Part shown: piece by piece, positions 17,342 to 26,192 of the stretch
How positions within the stretch are numbered: the stretch's first letter is position 1
How the letters are laid out: each line of letters opens with the position of its first letter
NCBI GenBank assembly: GCA_046758445.1
Contig: JBHIAE010000039.1
Location: 1 to 26,567 of the forward strand
Reading direction: 5' to 3'
DNA length: 26,567 nucleotides
Source of the DNA: Candidatus Thorarchaeota archaeon
GTDB lineage: Archaea; Asgardarchaeota; Thorarchaeia; Thorarchaeales; Thorarchaeaceae
Translations under genes and position numbers: made by a program
The notes under the pieces: model-generated
Database searches by the model: none
What the model saw: only the letters and a program-made list of their open reading frames with translations
Told to the model about the DNA's origin: nothing

Positions 17342-18424
17342 ATGCTCTTGTCAGAGATTACTGTCAACTTCACAGACAAAGACGGCAACACAAGAGAGAT
17401 TGAATTTGACACGGAAGAAACTATTATTGACCTCAGTCGAAAAGGCATAGTAGACATAGACCTGACCGTTCTAGATCCCATGTTGGACCTGACAGAGATT
17501 CACCTCTCTTCAAACAAGATTACCAGCATAGATCTTTCGCCTATCACAGCACTTGACAATCTGCAGGTCCTCGACTTGTTCAAGAATTCACTCACAACTG
17601 TCGCTCTTGGGCCACTTGCGGAATGTAAGACTCTGCGTGAACTCAACTTGGGTGTCAACCAGATTGAATCGTTTGATCTGACACCACTCTCTTCATGCCA
17701 GAACTTGAGAAGACTCAGATTGTTCAACAACAAGATTGCTGATATCGACCTAGAACCACTCTCCATGTGTACAGGTCTTGAGAGTCTTGAACTGGAAACG
17801 AATATGATGGAGTCAATCGACCTCAGTCCACTGAGTAGCTGCAAGGAACTCCAGCAGCTCAATCTGATGTACAACTCTCTCAGCGAGATAGACCTGGAGC
17901 CTTTGTCCGAGTGTCGGAAGATGAAGTTTCTTTATCTTCATCATAATGCCTTGGGATCGATTGATATAACTCCACTGTCGAACGCCAAGGACTTCAGAAT
18001 ACTGAGGTTGGGAGGAAATGAGATTCGGGCGATTGACCTAGAACCATTGGCCAACTGCAAGGATTTGAGGAGACTCGAACTCGCGATGAATGCTCTTGCA
18101 GAGCTTGATCTCTCTCCCTTGGCAAACTGCAGGGAATTGAGGGTTCTTGATATCGCAGGGAATCAACTTAGATCAATCAATCTCGCACCTTTGGCCGAGT
18201 GTGTTGCTCTTGAAGAACTCTACCTCCACAGCGACCATCCGGAGGAGAATGAATTCACCTTTCTGAACCTGAGCCCACTCTTCGCCTTGGGTGAACTTGA
18301 AGACCTCGGAGTCCCAGTCACTTCAGAGCTTCGTGCAGACTCTGCTTTGCGAGAACAGAAGGTGCTACCTCCAGCTCTCGAGGAGCTCAGAGAAGATGGA
18401 AGAATCACGTGGGATGAGCTCTGA
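17342..18424 (+). CDS. Cytoplasmic leucine-rich repeat protein (~12 x 22-aa repeats)
   Basis: Repeating IDLxPLxxCxxLxxLxLxxNxI/L unit. No signal peptide; ATG at 17342. Confidence 0.92.
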   Translation: MLLSEITVNFTDKDGNTREIEFDTEETIIDLSRKGIVDIDLTVLDPMLDLTEIHLSSNKITSIDLSPITALDNLQVLDLFKNSLTTVALGPLAECKTLRELNLGVNQIESFDLTPLSSCQNLRRLRLFNNKIADIDLEPLSMCTGLESLELETNMMESIDLSPLSSCKELQQLNLMYNSLSEIDLEPLSECRKMKFLYLHHNALGSIDITPLSNAKDFRILRLGGNEIRAIDLEPLANCKDLRRLELAMNALAELDLSPLANCRELRVLDIAGNQLRSINLAPLAECVALEELYLHSDHPEENEFTFLNLSPLFALGELEDLGVPVTSELRADSALREQKVLPPALEELREDGRITWDEL

Positions 18425-18517
18425 CAAGGGCGTAGACCTTTTCCAGATAGGTCATAAGTGGGCTTAAGAACGCCAGAACCATATTACCTAGATAATACAT
18501 TCGCGGAGGGTCGCGAA

Positions 18518-18754
18518 TTGCCTCATGGGGATGAGGAGATCGTCAGGATCAAGCTAGCGAAACTATATGGGGAGCTATTGAACGGACCGCTTGGTGAAGA
18601 AGTACTACGGCGTCTAAAGGAGGGGAAGAGCTTCATACTTAGGTCTGAAGTCGACATGCTACTAAAAGTGACGAAAATCAAGGGCAAGGCTGTAGTTGAA
18701 GCAAAGATGAAGGAGGACAACGACAGCTTCTTCCGCTACCAACCATTGGGCTAA
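18518..18754 (+). CDS. Small hypothetical protein, paralog A
   Basis: GGAGG upstream of TTG 18518 (ORF open from 18458). Shares motifs with the next ORF. Confidence 0.7.
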   Translation: MPHGDEEIVRIKLAKLYGELLNGPLGEEVLRRLKEGKSFILRSEVDMLLKVTKIKGKAVVEAKMKEDNDSFFRYQPLG

Positions 18755-18903
18755 CATTGAGTCAGAGTATTCTGGTCCTGTCCCGATTCTTCTTGTGGGC
18801 GAATCTGCAATTCAGAGCATATCTACACATTTCATTTATAGTGTGAAAATGCTGTTTCATCTAGTTAATACCCGTTTGAGCATACTACGGGGGAGTACTC
18901 ATC

Positions 18904-19107
18904 ATGAGCTACTCTCATAAGAAAGATTCCAACGAGAAAGCTGCCATTCAGAGGTACACTCAGTACCTCAATGGTCCAGGCAAGATAGTACTCGATAATC
19001 TGGACGAGGGGGACAGCTTCATCATGGAAGCTGCTCAGCACACGATCAAAGTTACAAAACGCCTTGGAAAGGCTGTCGTTCAGATTATGCCTATGAAACC
19101 TGAGTAA
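18904..19107 (+). CDS. Small hypothetical protein, paralog B
   Basis: GGGAG upstream of ATG. LNGP...VL..L.EG.SFI...KVTK..GKAVV is shared with paralog A. Confidence 0.75.
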   Translation: MSYSHKKDSNEKAAIQRYTQYLNGPGKIVLDNLDEGDSFIMEAAQHTIKVTKRLGKAVVQIMPMKPE

Positions 19108-19199
19108 GAGCAGTATACTGGTTCTGGCCTGACATTTGCTACAGCAAAGCGGTTATATCTTGGAAATGCCGACTCTGTTGAGCTAGAGGCCTGACTATC

Positions 19200-19847
19200 A
19201 TGGTCGTTGAGATTGATGATGAAACCAAGACGCAGGTGATGGAGGTTTTCGAAGGACTCGAAAATGATGTCACGATGCATGTCTTCATTGAGGGGAAGAA
19301 GTGTCTCTATTGTCAGGACGTCAGGGACATGGCGGAGCAAATCGCAGAACTCTCAGAGAAGATCAGTGTCATCGTACATGAAGACACTCTGGGGGAGGGA
19401 AAGGCGGCTGAATTCGGTGTCGTGCGTGTTCCTGCAACCATTCTACATGGAGCTGATGATTACAAGATACGGTTCTATGGCATTGCTGCAGGACATGAGT
19501 TCGGCGCTTTGATTGGCTCAATACTGGATGTGTCTAAGGGAACATCTCAGCTCCCAGCTGATATCATAGAAGACATCAAAGCCGTTGACAAGCCAGTTCA
19601 TATTCAGGTGTTCACGACTCCGCAGTGTCCATATTGCCCAGCAATGGTCAGACTAGCCAACCAAGCAGCCATTCTCAATCCTTTGATCCAGTCAGACATG
19701 GTTGAGTCACTAGAGTTTCGAGAGCTCACTGAGAAGTACGAGGTGTTTGGAGTCCCGAAGACTATCTTCAACGAAACTGATTCCATCGAAGGTCTGACGC
19801 CTCCAGAAATCTTCGTTGAGAAGCTCTTTGAAGCGACTGACAAATAG
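19200..19847 (+). CDS. Protein disulfide oxidoreductase (PDO / AhpF N-terminal-like, two thioredoxin folds)
   Basis: CLYC and CPYC motifs, RVPA, IRFYGIAAGHEF, VFGVPKT. Confidence 0.92.
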   Translation: MVVEIDDETKTQVMEVFEGLENDVTMHVFIEGKKCLYCQDVRDMAEQIAELSEKISVIVHEDTLGEGKAAEFGVVRVPATILHGADDYKIRFYGIAAGHEFGALIGSILDVSKGTSQLPADIIEDIKAVDKPVHIQVFTTPQCPYCPAMVRLANQAAILNPLIQSDMVESLEFRELTEKYEVFGVPKTIFNETDSIEGLTPPEIFVEKLFEATDK

Positions 19848-19877
19848 ATCGAAACGATTTGACAGAGGCATCATATA

Positions 19878-20162
19878 ATGGAGAAACTCTCTTACGTCAT
19901 TATGCTAAGACCAGCCCCTTCATATGGTGAGGAAGAAACAGAGGAGATTGTGGGACAGCACTTCAAGTATCTTCAGAGCCTTCAGGTCTCCGGCGAGTTG
20001 GTGATGGTCGGGCGATTCAGCGATGTGCTTGTTGGTCTGACAATGATAGAGTGCGATTCCCTCGAGAGAGCCACTGAGATAATGAAGAACGACCCAGCTG
20101 TGAAAGCCAACATTTTCCATGCTGAACTCTACCCATGGAGAGTCGCATTGAACCGTGAGTAG
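19878..20162 (+). CDS. YciI-family protein
   Basis: HFKYLQSL...G.L...GRF, NDPAVKANIFHAELYPW. Confidence 0.8.
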   Translation: MEKLSYVIMLRPAPSYGEEETEEIVGQHFKYLQSLQVSGELVMVGRFSDVLVGLTMIECDSLERATEIMKNDPAVKANIFHAELYPWRVALNRE

Positions 20163-20177
20163 TCAGCTGGTGTAGTC

Positions 20178-21107
20178 CTACGGACATGTGAAGACGAACT
20201 CTCGCTCGTTTACATAACGGTATGCTTGGTAGGCCGCATGTACGCCTTCGGCAACACCAGTAATGGCTTGTTTGAACTCTGTATCCGCCACGTCACCTGC
20301 AGCAAATACTCCATCGACGTTGGTTCGACTAGAGCGGTCAATCTTGATTTCGCCTTTCTCATTTGTTTCTACGCCGATCTTCTTGGCAATACCTGAATAA
20401 GGAATGCCGCCGATTGCAATGAAGACCCCGTCTAACTCCAGCTTGTCTGAACCGTCGTATGGTTTATCCAGCTTTACCCCGGTAACCCTCGAATCGCCCA
20501 GTATCTCGGTCACATTTGTTTCAGTTATCACTTCAATCTTTGACTCAGATTCAATGCGGCGCCCATTGATTGGCTCTGGGCGTATCTTCGCTTTGCGGTA
20601 TATCATGTATACCTTCGGACAGTACTTCGCGAGAAGTAACGCCTCTTTCGCGGCACTGTCGCTTCCGCCTATGACTGCAACCTCTTTGTCCCTGTAGAGA
20701 GGGGCGTCGCAAAGCGCACAGTATGAGACTCCCTTGTTTCTTAGTTCGTCGTGGCCAGGTACCTCAAGTTCTCGTTCTTTCATCCCTGTGGCAAATAGGA
20801 TCGTCTTACCTAGGTACGTCTTGTTTGTGGTGACAACGTAGAAGAATCCCTGACTGTCGGGAATAACATCCACCACGGTGCCCGTTTCAATAGTCACAGG
20901 ATAGTCAAGAGCATGTTCCTTGAGATTGTCGGCGAGCTCTTTCCCTGTAAGCTGCACGAAGCCTGGGTAGTTGGCTACGTCATCAGTAAGCGTGATGGTT
21001 CCCCCATCAACGTCCCCAATCACCACAACTGAAAGATCCAATCGGGCTGAGTACATGGCTGCGCCGTAGCCTGTTACGCCCGAACCAATAACAACGAGAT
21101 CGTACAA
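20178..21107 (-). CDS. trxB: Low-molecular-weight thioredoxin reductase-like flavoprotein
   Basis: DLVVIGSG, NYPG, FATG, GVSYCALCD, TNVDGVFAAGD, KQAITGVAEG. Confidence 0.92.
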   Translation of the reverse strand: MYDLVVIGSGVTGYGAAMYSARLDLSVVVIGDVDGGTITLTDDVANYPGFVQLTGKELADNLKEHALDYPVTIETGTVVDVIPDSQGFFYVVTTNKTYLGKTILFATGMKERELEVPGHDELRNKGVSYCALCDAPLYRDKEVAVIGGSDSAAKEALLLAKYCPKVYMIYRKAKIRPEPINGRRIESESKIEVITETNVTEILGDSRVTGVKLDKPYDGSDKLELDGVFIAIGGIPYSGIAKKIGVETNEKGEIKIDRSSRTNVDGVFAAGDVADTEFKQAITGVAEGVHAAYQAYRYVNEREFVFTCP

Positions 21108-21111
21108 TGCA

Positions 21112-21354
21112 TCACACTCCGAGCTTTCGTTTCATTCTCCTCTCAGTTCTTCTGTCGAATCCAACATAAAATTCATCGCCAATGACTGTAACAGGAATTG
21201 CCCTCTGCCCACTCACTTCTTCAAGCTCCTCGAATACAGCGGGACTTGTAAGAACACATTTCTCTTCCATCTCCACGCCGACGCCCGAGAGAAACTCCTT
21301 CAACTTCTTGGAGTTGGGACAGTCGGGAGCCATGTAAACAACAGCTTTGGTCAT
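21112..21354 (-). CDS. Glutaredoxin/NrdH-like redoxin, monothiol CPNS
   Basis: VVYMAPDCPNS, SGQRAIPV, VGFD. Lies 4 nt upstream of trxB. Confidence 0.85.
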   Translation of the reverse strand: MTKAVVYMAPDCPNSKKLKEFLSGVGVEMEEKCVLTSPAVFEELEEVSGQRAIPVTVIGDEFYVGFDRRTERRMKRKLGV

Positions 21355-21519
21355 CCTGACAAGGAACCTCCACGAGTCTTCTTCTTCTTCACGCTAGTAT
21401 AAGGCCAGAGAGATATCTTTTGCTGATATAGCTTATGAAGTGTCTATCGTTGAATCCCATTGCCGAAGAGTCATAAGCGAGCGTGTAGCCTCACAAGTTT
21501 GTTCAACTAGAGGAGAGAG

Positions 21520-22002
21520 TTGATTATGAACACAGAAGAAACTCTCGAGTTCATAGACAAGCAGATCGATATGGAGCTAAAAATCATCGAGATTGTTGAA
21601 GAGAACGTTGCAGAACTTGGCAATGTATTCATAAGGGATCTCCTGCTGGGGGTCTCTCAGGACTCCAAGAAGCATGCAACCCTCCTGAGGTCACTGAGAA
21701 AGGCTGTGGAAGGTCCAACTCCTTTCATTGGCGAGCCCGAGCGGGATAGGATTGCAAAGGGTATCGAGAAACATATCAAGATGGAAGAGATGGCCGTCAA
21801 GACATACGCTGAGCTTGCGGAGGAGAGTGACAGTGACCAAGTCAAGACCGTTGCGATGATGATTAGAGAAGATGAGTTGCGCCACCATGTGCTTCTCAAG
21901 GAACTGCATAAGACCGTCGTGGAACCCGAAACACTCACAGAAGAGGACATATGGGACATCCTTTGGAAAGACACTCCCTGGCACGGCAGTCCTGGTGGAT
22001 AG
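21520..22002 (+). CDS. Ferritin-like / rubrerythrin-like four-helix bundle protein
   Basis: E...DSKKH and EE...DELRH metal-ligand-like pattern; GGAG SD. Confidence 0.8.
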   Translation: MIMNTEETLEFIDKQIDMELKIIEIVEENVAELGNVFIRDLLLGVSQDSKKHATLLRSLRKAVEGPTPFIGEPERDRIAKGIEKHIKMEEMAVKTYAELAEESDSDQVKTVAMMIREDELRHHVLLKELHKTVVEPETLTEEDIWDILWKDTPWHGSPGG

Positions 22003-22104
22003 AATCCGAATAGATGCAGTGCAGTCGACTAGAAGAAGCCTAGATAGCTGGGGATGGACTGAACTCTGCGAAATGACATTCGCGGCATCAGAGAGTCTTG
22101 TGGT

Positions 22105-22269
22105 CTATGCCTTCTTGCCATGAGCCTCATCGACTTCTTCGAAACGCCGCCTCATGCAATCCTTGATGAACTCTGGAAACGAGGAATAGCCAAGATCATA
22201 CTCTCTGTTCTTCCGCTCGAACTTTGTCTTGTAGTCCTTTGGAATCTTGATGGTTAGGCGTCGAGACAT
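22105..22269 (-). CDS. Ribbon-helix-helix (CopG-like) DNA-binding protein
   Basis: MSRRLTIKIPK...GYSSFPEFIKDCMRRRFEE. ATG 22269 preferred over 22356. Confidence 0.75.
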   Translation of the reverse strand: MSRRLTIKIPKDYKTKFERKNREYDLGYSSFPEFIKDCMRRRFEEVDEAHGKKA

Positions 22270-22431
22270 GGATGCAGCTCGAAGAAACAGCATATTACCT
22301 ATTGGCCAGACGATGCCAAAGAGCGCCATACGAATGACCTTCTTGCCAAGTGGCATACACTAACGCTTATGTTGTGCATTTCGGACTGGTCGTGAAACCT
22401 TAGTCCGTAGAATTAAGGGAGAGAATCCAAA

Positions 22432-24333
22432 GTGACGGTTGAGGACGTCAAGAGAGAGGACCAGGGCCCCGCATTGATGCTTGCGAACGAGGCCGTTGTT
22501 CGTGGAGCACTTGAGGCAGATGTCAAGGTTGTTGCGTTCTATCCAGGGTCTCCAACTTCCGAAATCCTGGACACCTTTGGTGAAGTATTGGACCACTTCG
22601 GCGATTACAGGATGCAGATTGCTGCCAATGAGAAGGTTGCCCTTGAAACTGTGGCGGGAGCCTCAATGGCAGGATTGCGGTCTTTTACCTCAATGAAGAG
22701 CGTTGGGATGAACGTTGCAAGTGATTCAATGTTTAGCATTGGATATGTGGGATTGAATGCTGGGTGTGTGTGCCTAATCGCTGATGATCCATTCGCCCAT
22801 TCATCGCAATCCGAGCAAGATAGCAGATACTTTGGTGAAACCGCATATGTCCCGATGATTGAACCTTCAACTGCTCAGGAGGCCTATGACATGGTCAAGT
22901 GGGCATTCGATGTTTCAGAGAAACACAAGACATTGGTCATAATGAGGACAACGACCAGAGTGAATCATCAAAGAGGAATGGTAAACATTGGTGACCTGAA
23001 ACGGACTCCCTTCAAGAAGAACCGATGGGCTGATGTAAAGAATCCATACTACACCGTTGGTTCAGTCGCCCGTGCTCTGAAGGCTAGGCTTCTCAAGAAG
23101 GCTGAGGCAATCAGCGAGGACTTTGAAGACTCCTCTTTCAACTTCATCCTGAAGGGTGAGGGCGACATCGGGATATTGACAGCAGGCGTCTGCTTTCTTC
23201 ACACAATTGAGGCAATGCAGAATCTTGGAGTTAGTCTGCCAGTCTTCAAACTCAGCACAATCTACCCGCTCCCAAAGAAGAGAATTGCTGATTTCATCAA
23301 ATCGCTGAGAACCCTTGTTGTGGTGGAAGAACTGACTCCGTACCTTGAAACACGGATCACCGCAGTTGCAAAGGATGTCAATCCGAATCTCAGAATCATA
23401 GGCAAGAAGTCTGGCCACTTCTCTGAAGCCCTCGAGTACAATGTTCCGATAGTGGAAGGAGTCCTTGCGGATCTGCTCTCAAGAAAGCCAAGTGTGGACT
23501 ACAGCGCCATTTTGAAGAGGGCCTCCAAGCTCAAGGGGATTCTGCCGGAGAGACCTCCGATCTTCTGTCCAGGATGTCCGCACCGGGGGACTCTGTGGGC
23601 ATTTAGGCAAGCTCTCCAGCAATTGCGCATCCGGGACAAGATTGTATTCAACAACGACATTGGGTGTTATTCAATGGCGTTTCTACCTCCCAATGAGTTC
23701 AGTGACTCAATGCTAGCGATGGGGGCCTCTGTGGGATTGTGTGCCGGGATGGAGTTGGCACTAGAGGACAAGGTCATTGCCATGGTCGGTGATTCAACGT
23801 TGTATCACGCTGCGCTTCCTGGAATAGTCAATCTGATTCATCACAACTCAAACGTCACGCTCTTTGTCCTGGATAACTCTGTGACGGCAATGACTGGCCA
23901 GCAGTTCAATCCTAATTCTCCGTTCGATGCAGGAAATCACACAGCGAGAAAGATCGACATGGAGAAAGTGTTCGAGGGGCTTGGAGCAGATAGTGTTACT
24001 GTAATTGATCCCTACGAAACTCGTGACTGCATCGATCCCATCAAAGCAGCAATCGAAGCAGATGGCTTCAACGTCATCATCGCAAGACGTGATTGCGCTC
24101 TTTACGGTGACAGGCTGAAGAAGCGGCGAGGAGAAAAGATCATTCCGAGTGAGAATGACAAAGACACATGCCGAGAGATATACGCATGTGTCCGGGAGTT
24201 CTATTGTCCCGCCATTACTGTCGATGAAACTGATCACAGGATGATGATACAGACGGACCTTTGTGATGGATGTCTCGAATGTAGGCAGGTCTGTCCAGTA
24301 GATGCTCCTAGGTCTGTGGAGGTGAAGAGATGA
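22432..24333 (+). CDS. iorA: Indolepyruvate:ferredoxin oxidoreductase alpha subunit
   Basis: NEAVVRGA, YPGSPTSEI, NEKVALE, SSQSEQD, RPPIFCPGCPHR, DIGCY, GDST TPP motif, C-terminal ferredoxin domain. Confidence 0.95.
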   Translation: MTVEDVKREDQGPALMLANEAVVRGALEADVKVVAFYPGSPTSEILDTFGEVLDHFGDYRMQIAANEKVALETVAGASMAGLRSFTSMKSVGMNVASDSMFSIGYVGLNAGCVCLIADDPFAHSSQSEQDSRYFGETAYVPMIEPSTAQEAYDMVKWAFDVSEKHKTLVIMRTTTRVNHQRGMVNIGDLKRTPFKKNRWADVKNPYYTVGSVARALKARLLKKAEAISEDFEDSSFNFILKGEGDIGILTAGVCFLHTIEAMQNLGVSLPVFKLSTIYPLPKKRIADFIKSLRTLVVVEELTPYLETRITAVAKDVNPNLRIIGKKSGHFSEALEYNVPIVEGVLADLLSRKPSVDYSAILKRASKLKGILPERPPIFCPGCPHRGTLWAFRQALQQLRIRDKIVFNNDIGCYSMAFLPPNEFSDSMLAMGASVGLCAGMELALEDKVIAMVGDSTLYHAALPGIVNLIHHNSNVTLFVLDNSVTAMTGQQFNPNSPFDAGNHTARKIDMEKVFEGLGADSVTVIDPYETRDCIDPIKAAIEADGFNVIIARRDCALYGDRLKKRRGEKIIPSENDKDTCREIYACVREFYCPAITVDETDHRMMIQTDLCDGCLECRQVCPVDAPRSVEVKR

Positions 24334-24962
24334 GCGACAGTGAAACGTACAATATTATGTTCTGTGGTGTCGGTGGACAAGGTCTGATGTTGCTATCAGC
24401 CATTCTTGGAAGAGCGGCCGTCGATGCAGGCCTTGAAGTAAGAACTGGGGAGCAGCACGGTCTCTCACAGAGGCAAGGCTCAATCTATGTCCACTTTAGA
24501 ATTGGGAAGTCGCTCTCGCCTCTGATTCCCTATGGGAAGGCTGACATGATGGTTGCTATGGAAGCAAGCGAAGTCCTGCGATACATAGAGTACTTAAAGG
24601 AGAATGGCGTGGTGATTATGAGCAACCGAATCATGCCTGCTGTCAGTGAAACAGAGCAAGTCGCGCTGGATAAGAAGAGGGAGACGAAGTATCTCACAGT
24701 AGAACAGATCGTCGAAACAATTGGAGAGGTAACCAATAGAGTCGTTCTTCTGGACTCCTTAGCCATGGCCGTTGAAGCTGGTAATCCTAGAACTGAGAAC
24801 TCCGTTCTCATAGGAGCTACCGTTGCATGTGAAGACTTCCCGATACCTGCAGAGGAGGTTAGGAAGGCGGTCTTGGCACTAGTTCCTCCTAAGACAACCA
24901 CGGCAAACTCCAAGGCATTTGACCTTGGAATGGAAGCCAGCACTGGCTGTCTTTCAACTTAG
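24330..24962 (+). CDS. iorB: Indolepyruvate:ferredoxin oxidoreductase beta subunit
   Basis: GVGGQG, EQHGLSQRQGS, SPLIP, AGNPRTEN. ATGA overlap with iorA. Confidence 0.93.
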   Translation: MSDSETYNIMFCGVGGQGLMLLSAILGRAAVDAGLEVRTGEQHGLSQRQGSIYVHFRIGKSLSPLIPYGKADMMVAMEASEVLRYIEYLKENGVVIMSNRIMPAVSETEQVALDKKRETKYLTVEQIVETIGEVTNRVVLLDSLAMAVEAGNPRTENSVLIGATVACEDFPIPAEEVRKAVLALVPPKTTTANSKAFDLGMEASTGCLST

Positions 24963-25006
24963 GAGTCACCGATGCTCTCTTTCCCGCGTTGTTTGCGGCT
25001 CAGATT

Positions 25007-26023
25007 CTACCTTCTCCGAATAGCTACGGCCACAATCATGAGCACGACACCCGCCGCTGCTATTGCTATGACTGCAATCAGGGGATCGAACGGAGGTGGA
25101 AGAACAGTGACCGTTACCTCATCTACGGCAGTGTTTCCTCGAACGTCTGCGACAACGATGGTGTAGTTGTATTCGCCCACGGCATGCCCGTCAACTACTT
25201 CGACAATGTTTTCTGCCGTGGAATTCCAGGTACCAGAGCGGAGAATGCTGCCGTCGAGTAGGATTTGATAACTCGCAGGGTATTGATCTGAAGGACTCCA
25301 AGTAATGATGTTGCCTGTTTGCCCTTGTACGTATTCTATGTCCGCCGGATGATTAAGAGTCGGAACTGTCGTTTCCATGTATTGTTCGATTCCCAGTCTG
25401 TCTAGAGTAACTGTACCAGTCTTTTCCTTTGTAGTTATGTTGTAGCTGTCAACGGAGTAGTGTGATAGGAATCCATCGACCTTCAGGTAGTCCACGTGGA
25501 CATAGAGAGTGTAGTTAGAGTATATTGTGGGAGAATCACCATTCACCACCCAGTCGGCGTCTTCCCAGCTATATCCCCAGAAGTACGGGTCTTCAGGGTC
25601 AAGCGTGAGGTTCTCAAGCGCAAGGGTGTCTTGAGCTAGCGTACTCAAGAGAGCCCAGTTGCCGAGGGGCAGAAACATGTTATAGACGGCTGCGAAGGCG
25701 AGAACCTCGATGCCCAATTCGGTCCCGTTGGCGTAGTAGGTGTTAATCACAGGCCCCGGGGGCGGAGGAGGGCTTATCAAACCCCAGGGAACGTCAGTCC
25801 AGTTATCCATAGAATCTGGGATCGCTGGGAGTGTTGCGTTAAACTCAAAGTAGATCTCGTCATCAATAAACAAGCCATCCCCTTCAAGATACATGTGGAA
25901 ATGAAAGACATCATCCACTGTGAACCCCCATTCGAATCCTTGATTCGTCTGAGCCACTATTGGCATCGAACACATTAGGGCTGCCAGAAGCAGAAAGACA
26001 GCCAGTTTGGATGTGCGATTCAT
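25007..26023 (-). CDS. Secreted, C-terminally membrane-anchored surface protein with Ig-like juxtamembrane domain
   Basis: Signal peptide MNRTSKLAVFLLLAALMCS, several N-x-S/T sequons, beta-rich HPADIEYVQGQTGNIITW...GEYNYTIVVAD domain, TM helix followed by RRR. Confidence 0.85.
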   Translation of the reverse strand: MNRTSKLAVFLLLAALMCSMPIVAQTNQGFEWGFTVDDVFHFHMYLEGDGLFIDDEIYFEFNATLPAIPDSMDNWTDVPWGLISPPPPPGPVINTYYANGTELGIEVLAFAAVYNMFLPLGNWALLSTLAQDTLALENLTLDPEDPYFWGYSWEDADWVVNGDSPTIYSNYTLYVHVDYLKVDGFLSHYSVDSYNITTKEKTGTVTLDRLGIEQYMETTVPTLNHPADIEYVQGQTGNIITWSPSDQYPASYQILLDGSILRSGTWNSTAENIVEVVDGHAVGEYNYTIVVADVRGNTAVDEVTVTVLPPPFDPLIAVIAIAAAGVVLMIVAVAIRRR

Positions 26024-26141
26024 ACTCATCTCTCCCTCACAAAACAATATGTACCGATAAGTCCGCATATGTTGTTAAAAGCAAATCGCTAATCCACCTA
26101 GAGAACACCCAACTCAGACGAGCCTATGCCCTTCCCCATAG

Positions 26142-26155
26142 AGTTATAAATAACT
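26142..26155 (+). promoter_or_regulatory. TATA-like box embedded in a short palindrome
   Basis: AGTTATAAATAACT, about 40 nt upstream of the 26193 start. Confidence 0.4.
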
Positions 26156-26192
26156 ATAGCTAATTTTCTCCAGTGCGATAGGAGGACCATTA

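Noticed and set aside
17342-18424. CRISPR or DNA tandem repeat array
   Set aside because: The 66-nt periodicity is degenerate and explained by protein LRRs.
14440-21354. Selenoproteins (in-frame TGA) among the redox and DsrE genes
   Set aside because: The catalytic positions are ordinary Cys codons, and I saw no in-frame TGA extension or convincing SECIS element.
68-26163. Numerous short overlapping or antisense ORFs in the track
   Set aside because: They overlap well-supported genes and lack motifs or start signals.
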